A stretch of 62,590 nt of DNA, filler included, from Klebsormidium nitens (taxonomy: Eukaryota; Plantae; Klebsormidiophyceae): assembly GCA_000708835.1 (NCBI GenBank). It is 7 parts of 7 records of this genome, joined end to end, with 100 filler letters (N's around TTAATTAATTAA, not from the genome) between each part and the next. Parts side by side here need not be neighbours in the genome. Positions count along the whole stretch, not along the records: positions 56,959 to 60,161 come from DF238596.1; positions 60,262 to 62,590 come from DF238255.1; 5 more parts are not named here. One strand, 5' to 3'. Below, piece by piece: positions 58,410 to 62,590 of the stretch (its first letter is position 1; each line of letters starts with the position of its first letter). The translations under genes were made by a program, and so were the position numbers. The notes below the pieces were generated by a model. It saw only the letters and a list, made by a program, of their open reading frames with translations, searched no databases and was not told where the DNA came from.

Positions 58410-58513
58410 TCTTCCTATGTCATCACCAGGAAAAAAAGGGGCGGATTTGGACGCACTTAGAATTTCGACCGCGGCCAAGCAGCAGTGTTTATTTTCTCAC
58501 AAATGATAGGACA

Positions 58514-58849
58514 ATGTCCACAAGCTTTGGAGATACCGTTGACTTAGGCAATGACACCCGTCCATGCCCTTGCCGTGCGTGTCAGAATCATAGACGATAT
58601 CAGCAAATGCACCCAGAAAGGCACAAGGAGCACGCGCGCGCCTACTATGGCCGAAATCAGGAGCGAATCCTCCTGCAGAAGGCCTACACGCGCTATCTTG
58701 CGGGCCACACCAAGAAATTCCACAAGCAGACTCTTGTGAGGCTGCAAGCAGCGGGATTTGCAATACCATCGGCCACAACCTCACGATTCGGTGGCGATGA
58801 CAACCTTTCGGGAGATATCTCTTCATATATAGCAGCCGAGGTCTGCTAG
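58514..58849 (+). CDS. Small basic protein with CxCxxC and YY.RN.E helical motif (PLV/virophage-like)
   Basis: CPCRAC..HARAYYGRNQERILLQKAY; divergent from the PrimPol gene across ~100 bp. Confidence 0.6.
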   Translation: MSTSFGDTVDLGNDTRPCPCRACQNHRRYQQMHPERHKEHARAYYGRNQERILLQKAYTRYLAGHTKKFHKQTLVRLQAAGFAIPSATTSRFGGDDNLSGDISSYIAAEVC

Positions 58850-58907
58850 ATCTCTGCCAAGTGCGGCGAACTCGCTCAAACCTCAATGGCAACCGATACA
58901 TTGAGAC

Positions 58908-59969
58908 TTAAGCGTCCGTGAACTGGATCTTAGAGCCGTCCGGAAGGTACTTCTTCTCGTAAGTCCGCATTTGCATTGAGGCCGAATGGAGCATCCGCTT
59001 TGCGAGCGCCTCTCGCTCGAGGAGGCTTGGAGCGTCTTTCATGGCATTGGAGACGCATATCTTGCGGAGCAGACATGTGCCGACATTAGCATCGTCGAAG
59101 ATGGAGCAGCAGAACTTTGTGAGGTAATTGCGGCTCATTGGCTCGTTCGGCGTCCGCATGCGACTCAGGAGATACTTTCGAGGAAAAACCTCAAGAGTTT
59201 CTGCGATCACGTTGCAAGTGCGCGTTGTTAAGTCAATTGTCTGCTCACCATACGTCTTGGCTGTTTTAAAGTCCTTTAGTACCATTCGGAATTGCCCCTT
59301 CGCATATTCGAGGAGATAGTTGCTGTTACCAGCCATGAGGGCTTTTGCCGATTGAGTGTGCATGTCTTCAAAACGAACAATTTCGAGATTCGAATAATCG
59401 TTGCGTAAGCTAGGGGACTGACTGTACAAGCAGAGGACCAAATAGCGAATCAAGATGACCTTGTCGGCCGTCGTAAGCTGTCCGGGTCCCTTGGGCAATA
59501 TGAAGCGATTCACTCGTCTCTGTAGCTGGACACGTTTCTCGTCGATCTGGGAGAGTGTCTTCCAATTGCGACTTTCGGCTTCTGTCATTACCTGTGGCGG
59601 AGGACGTGCCTTATCCATCAGTCCGCGCACCTCCTGGTACCTCTTGTAGTAAGTCTGATACAATTCCGTGTCTTTTGGAAACTCCTTCTTGACCAAGACG
59701 AGAAGAGGATTGAGTCCAGTTGCTTGCATTGAGAGCTTGTCTGGATAGGCATCGGAAAAGTACGCAATCACTTTCGGCGCATCTCTAATCCAGTCGAAGC
59801 TTGTAATTTCCGCCTCCGAACCGAATATTCCCTTATACAAACGGATGACATGTGCACAATATTGCTTGATGGTTACTGGCTTCCTGGAACCGTCATCAAA
59901 GACCGCTTCTAACCTCTCAAGGGTCCTTGGCATGGGTACAGAGCCCTCGTCAGCCTTAGCAGCCTCCAT
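58908..59969 (-). CDS. Tyrosine recombinase of the PLV/virophage (OLV11-like) type, uninterrupted
   Basis: LY..SPSLRNDY (R), DFKTAKTYG (K), LLRKI..S (R), LAKRMLHS (H), MRTYEK (catalytic Y). Confidence 0.88.
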   Translation of the reverse strand: MEAAKADEGSVPMPRTLERLEAVFDDGSRKPVTIKQYCAHVIRLYKGIFGSEAEITSFDWIRDAPKVIAYFSDAYPDKLSMQATGLNPLLVLVKKEFPKDTELYQTYYKRYQEVRGLMDKARPPPQVMTEAESRNWKTLSQIDEKRVQLQRRVNRFILPKGPGQLTTADKVILIRYLVLCLYSQSPSLRNDYSNLEIVRFEDMHTQSAKALMAGNSNYLLEYAKGQFRMVLKDFKTAKTYGEQTIDLTTRTCNVIAETLEVFPRKYLLSRMRTPNEPMSRNYLTKFCCSIFDDANVGTCLLRKICVSNAMKDAPSLLEREALAKRMLHSASMQMRTYEKKYLPDGSKIQFTDA

Positions 59970-60612
59970 GACCTGCTTATCTGAGATAATCTCAGAAAAA
60001 AAATGACCAGCCGACGAAGCCGCGCTTCTCAGAAAAGTGAATATGGTCGGTCGTAATTTTTCTGCGCTTTTCGACTTCACATAAAGCTTCTGCGAGTTTT
60101 CCAGCAGAAAAGAGCTTGTAGAACGGTTATCCAGCGAGGTTATAAAAGTCGATTTTCGGCCNNNNNNNNNNNNNNNNNNNNNNNNNNNNNNNNNNNNNNN
60201 NNNNNTTAATTAATTAANNNNNNNNNNNNNNNNNNNNNNNNNNNNNNNNNNNNNNNNNNNNTACAACCAGCAACCGGCAAGGTTGGGGAACTTAAGGGAG
60301 TTCCGAGATCGATCTGTACAATCTGAGATAGATCAGATCGATCACCCCTTTTCTGAGGGCCTCTGAAAAATTGTCCGGTTGCCGGTTGCTGGATGGTGAC
60401 GTGGCACATCCAAAAACGTGCCCTGACATGCGTTATCACGGTGGGATGCCCTGTTCCTCAGGGCACTGGCGTTCCTCCTCTGAAGGGCGCCCAAAGAGCA
60501 AAGTCTCCCTCGTTCTCGTAATGATCATCGAATCCTTCGCTTCGATGTACGCCGATCGGGTCCATGGGCGCGATATAGGAAGGTCGCACGAACAAATGAC
60601 GGGTACGCAGAC

Positions 60613-62211
60613 ATGGACCCTAGATTGCACATCCTGTCGGTCGGCGAAGAGCGCATCGTCGCGACTTGTTTCGCGGACGTCAGAGACAGGGCCAACTCCC
60701 TAGCCGCTCCTCTGATCAGGAGTCTCAGCGACAGAACGTGCACGGCCAGGGCCGTAGAGTTCCGCGACTACATGTTCGACAAGCAGTCTCTGGAGGCCTT
60801 GAGCGAGTACCTCTCCATATCTACGAAGCTGGAAAGGATAGTCTTTGGGAACGGCTGTGCTTCCGAGATATGCATGGCCGGGGCCAGCTTGTCCAGAGTA
60901 ATCGGTGGGTGCGACAGGGATGTCTTCATAGAGGGCTCTTTGCCGAGGGCTATGGGGCACGTGAACGTCCTCCAGGCGGCTGACCCGACCGGGCAGCGAT
61001 TGCGACAGGCGCTGCTCTCCTTCGAGCCGGATCACTGGGCGTACGATTGGTCTTCCGACTCGGAGACGCTGGGTCGCATGCCTTCCGTGACAAACGGAGA
61101 CTTCTTTTGGAGTCGACTGCATCCGGATGGCATCCTGACCTTGAATGTCACGGACGAGGATATGCTACAAGTGGAGTGGAGCGTTTGCGCGAACGAGCTC
61201 AAGAGCACGGCGCTACAATCTGCAGACGACGTCGCCTCATTCGCCAGGGCTCCTCGCGCTTTCGGCTCCCTAGAGAGCTTGACGGTCTCCTCGTGTGGAT
61301 CCAAGGGACTCACTTACTTCGGACGGCACCTAGCGGCGGAGACGCGCGTGAGACGCATCCGTTCGGAGGGTCCGTTGGCGGACTCGGTGGCTCTGTTGAA
61401 GGGATTTGAGGAAGGGCTCGTCGAGGGGAGACCCTATGAGGCCAAGTGCACGTCGCATCTCGCTCATGACGGCGTGGGCGTGAGGCTCCGCAGGCTGGAG
61501 AATCTGTGCTTCCTCAGGTGCTACCGTCTGACTCTGCACGTCCGAGTAGACGGTTGCAATGGTTTCGAGAGGAGGCACTTCGACGAGACCATAACGTTCC
61601 TGCTCGGGTGGTTCCCGAAGCTGGAGGCCCTGGAGGTGGACATCGGCGGAGACTCTATCGGCGGCCCTTACCAAGGGTGCGTCCCCATAGGGCGCTTCGT
61701 AGCTGCGGTGCCGCGGACGTTGAAGGAGCTGCGGCTCGCTTTCGGTGGAGCGTCCACGCTCTTCTGTGCTGCGAATCGGATCCACGAGTTCTTAGAGGCA
61801 GCTCGATGCCGGTTGCGGTATCTCAGCATCGAGGGCTGGGCGGCCGGAGCGGAGGCCCTATCCAGTGTGGTACGGATCGAGGGTCTCGAACGACTTTGCA
61901 TACCTCAGGCTTGCACCTCCGTAGCAGGCTTGAGGAACGCGTTACGGAGACGGATGAGAGAGCTCGACGTGGGAATCTCCCTTCTGGGTAGGAGGGACGT
62001 GCCAGAGTTCGCTCGCCTCGTCCAGAGCTTCGCTAGACCCACCCGCCCTAGCAAGCTGCTGTTGCGGAACGGCGTCCGAAGCGAGATGATGGGGGAGCTA
62101 GGACGAGCTCTGAGGGCAGCAGGATGCTTCGACTACGTCTACACGTCTGCCGATGAGAAGACGATCACGATCTGGCTCGCTCTGCCCGAGGAAGAAAAAG
62201 ATTGCCAATGA
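60613..62211 (+). CDS. Intronless leucine-rich-repeat (RNI-like) protein, 532 aa
   Basis: Recurrent LxxLxL units (LESLTV, LEALEVDI, LKELRLAF, LRYLSIEG, LERLCIP, MRELDVG); long ORF without introns. Confidence 0.65.
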   Translation: MDPRLHILSVGEERIVATCFADVRDRANSLAAPLIRSLSDRTCTARAVEFRDYMFDKQSLEALSEYLSISTKLERIVFGNGCASEICMAGASLSRVIGGCDRDVFIEGSLPRAMGHVNVLQAADPTGQRLRQALLSFEPDHWAYDWSSDSETLGRMPSVTNGDFFWSRLHPDGILTLNVTDEDMLQVEWSVCANELKSTALQSADDVASFARAPRAFGSLESLTVSSCGSKGLTYFGRHLAAETRVRRIRSEGPLADSVALLKGFEEGLVEGRPYEAKCTSHLAHDGVGVRLRRLENLCFLRCYRLTLHVRVDGCNGFERRHFDETITFLLGWFPKLEALEVDIGGDSIGGPYQGCVPIGRFVAAVPRTLKELRLAFGGASTLFCAANRIHEFLEAARCRLRYLSIEGWAAGAEALSSVVRIEGLERLCIPQACTSVAGLRNALRRRMRELDVGISLLGRRDVPEFARLVQSFARPTRPSKLLLRNGVRSEMMGELGRALRAAGCFDYVYTSADEKTITIWLALPEEEKDCQ

Positions 62212-62221
62212 CAGTAGGAAG

Positions 62222-62590
62222 ATGCATCTCTTCTCTACTTCTACCGTCTTGGTCGTATCCCGCGTTCTCTTGTTCGCATGCGTCACCGGAGGGGTCATGT
62301 GGTGGTTCTACCTGAAGGAGGAGAAAAGGACCAAGCGCCCGGTAGGAGTGGTAGGATCGTGCGATACGGAGAGAGTCGTGCAGCCCCGGGAATCGGAAAA
62401 GACTCCGGAGTTGCAGGATATACCCCCTGGTCACGAAAAATACGCTAATGCATTCAAGAAGCATGCCGAGAGGTTCGATGATGCATACGCTAAGATCCGG
62501 GAGGAGACACTCTGCCTGGCCAAGAGGAGGCGGCAGTATTCTATCATGTTGGACGCTTCCTCCAGGTGCATGCGTTGCCTTTACAATATT
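62222..62590 (+). CDS. N-terminally anchored membrane protein, open at the window end
   Basis: MHLFSTSTVLVVSRVLLFACVTGGVMWWFYLKEEKR...LDASSRCMRCLYNI with no stop. Starts 10 bp after the LRR stop; absent from the ORF track because it is unterminated. Confidence 0.55.
   Translation, partial: MHLFSTSTVLVVSRVLLFACVTGGVMWWFYLKEEKRTKRPVGVVGSCDTERVVQPRESEKTPELQDIPPGHEKYANAFKKHAERFDDAYAKIREETLCLAKRRRQYSIMLDASSRCMRCLYNI

Noticed and set aside
29739-60261. TTAATTAATTAA embedded in N runs (29782, 44345, 50275, 54389, 56903, 60206)
   Set aside because: An identical all-frame-stop linker centred in scaffold gaps is an assembly artefact, not a biological motif. ORFs ending in 'LIN' at these sites are artefacts too.
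31000-62590. Fanzor/TnpB, capsid, packaging ATPase or polB genes expected with Helitron2 or PLV elements
   Set aside because: I looked for RuvC/Zn-ribbon, jelly-roll, A32 and polB motifs in the ORF track and recognised none; they could still lie in the gaps.

Overview
Eukaryotic, intron-rich nuclear DNA from a green-plant lineage. A streptophyte alga such as Klebsormidium is my inference from the plant-type orthologues and the N-gaps carrying TTAATTAATTAA linkers. Bases 1-28 kb hold host genes that can be spliced by hand: a secreted Cys-rich protein with an inverted decayed paralogue, MFAP1, a plastid DCC-family oxidoreductase, an At5g53330-like UMA/UBA protein and MSRB1. Small DNA transposons are interspersed. 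The most striking pattern is that the introns of these genes contain periodic, decaying copies ('echoes') of the neighbouring splice site plus exon end; five of the seven MFAP1 exons show this. Bases 28-43 kb hold hAT-, TA- and TTAA-type MITEs and a degenerate Helentron: two N-terminal AP2 domains, Rep, PIF1 helicase and APE endonuclease, with an LTR-type insertion in its Rep motif and a downstream RPA70-like gene. Bases 44-62.6 kb hold intronless virus-like blocks: NCLDV-like small genes, two paralogous PrimPol-D5 primase-helicases, a double-HNH protein, an intact PLV/virophage-type tyrosine recombinase and an LRR protein. Family calls come from remembered motifs; no database search was run.
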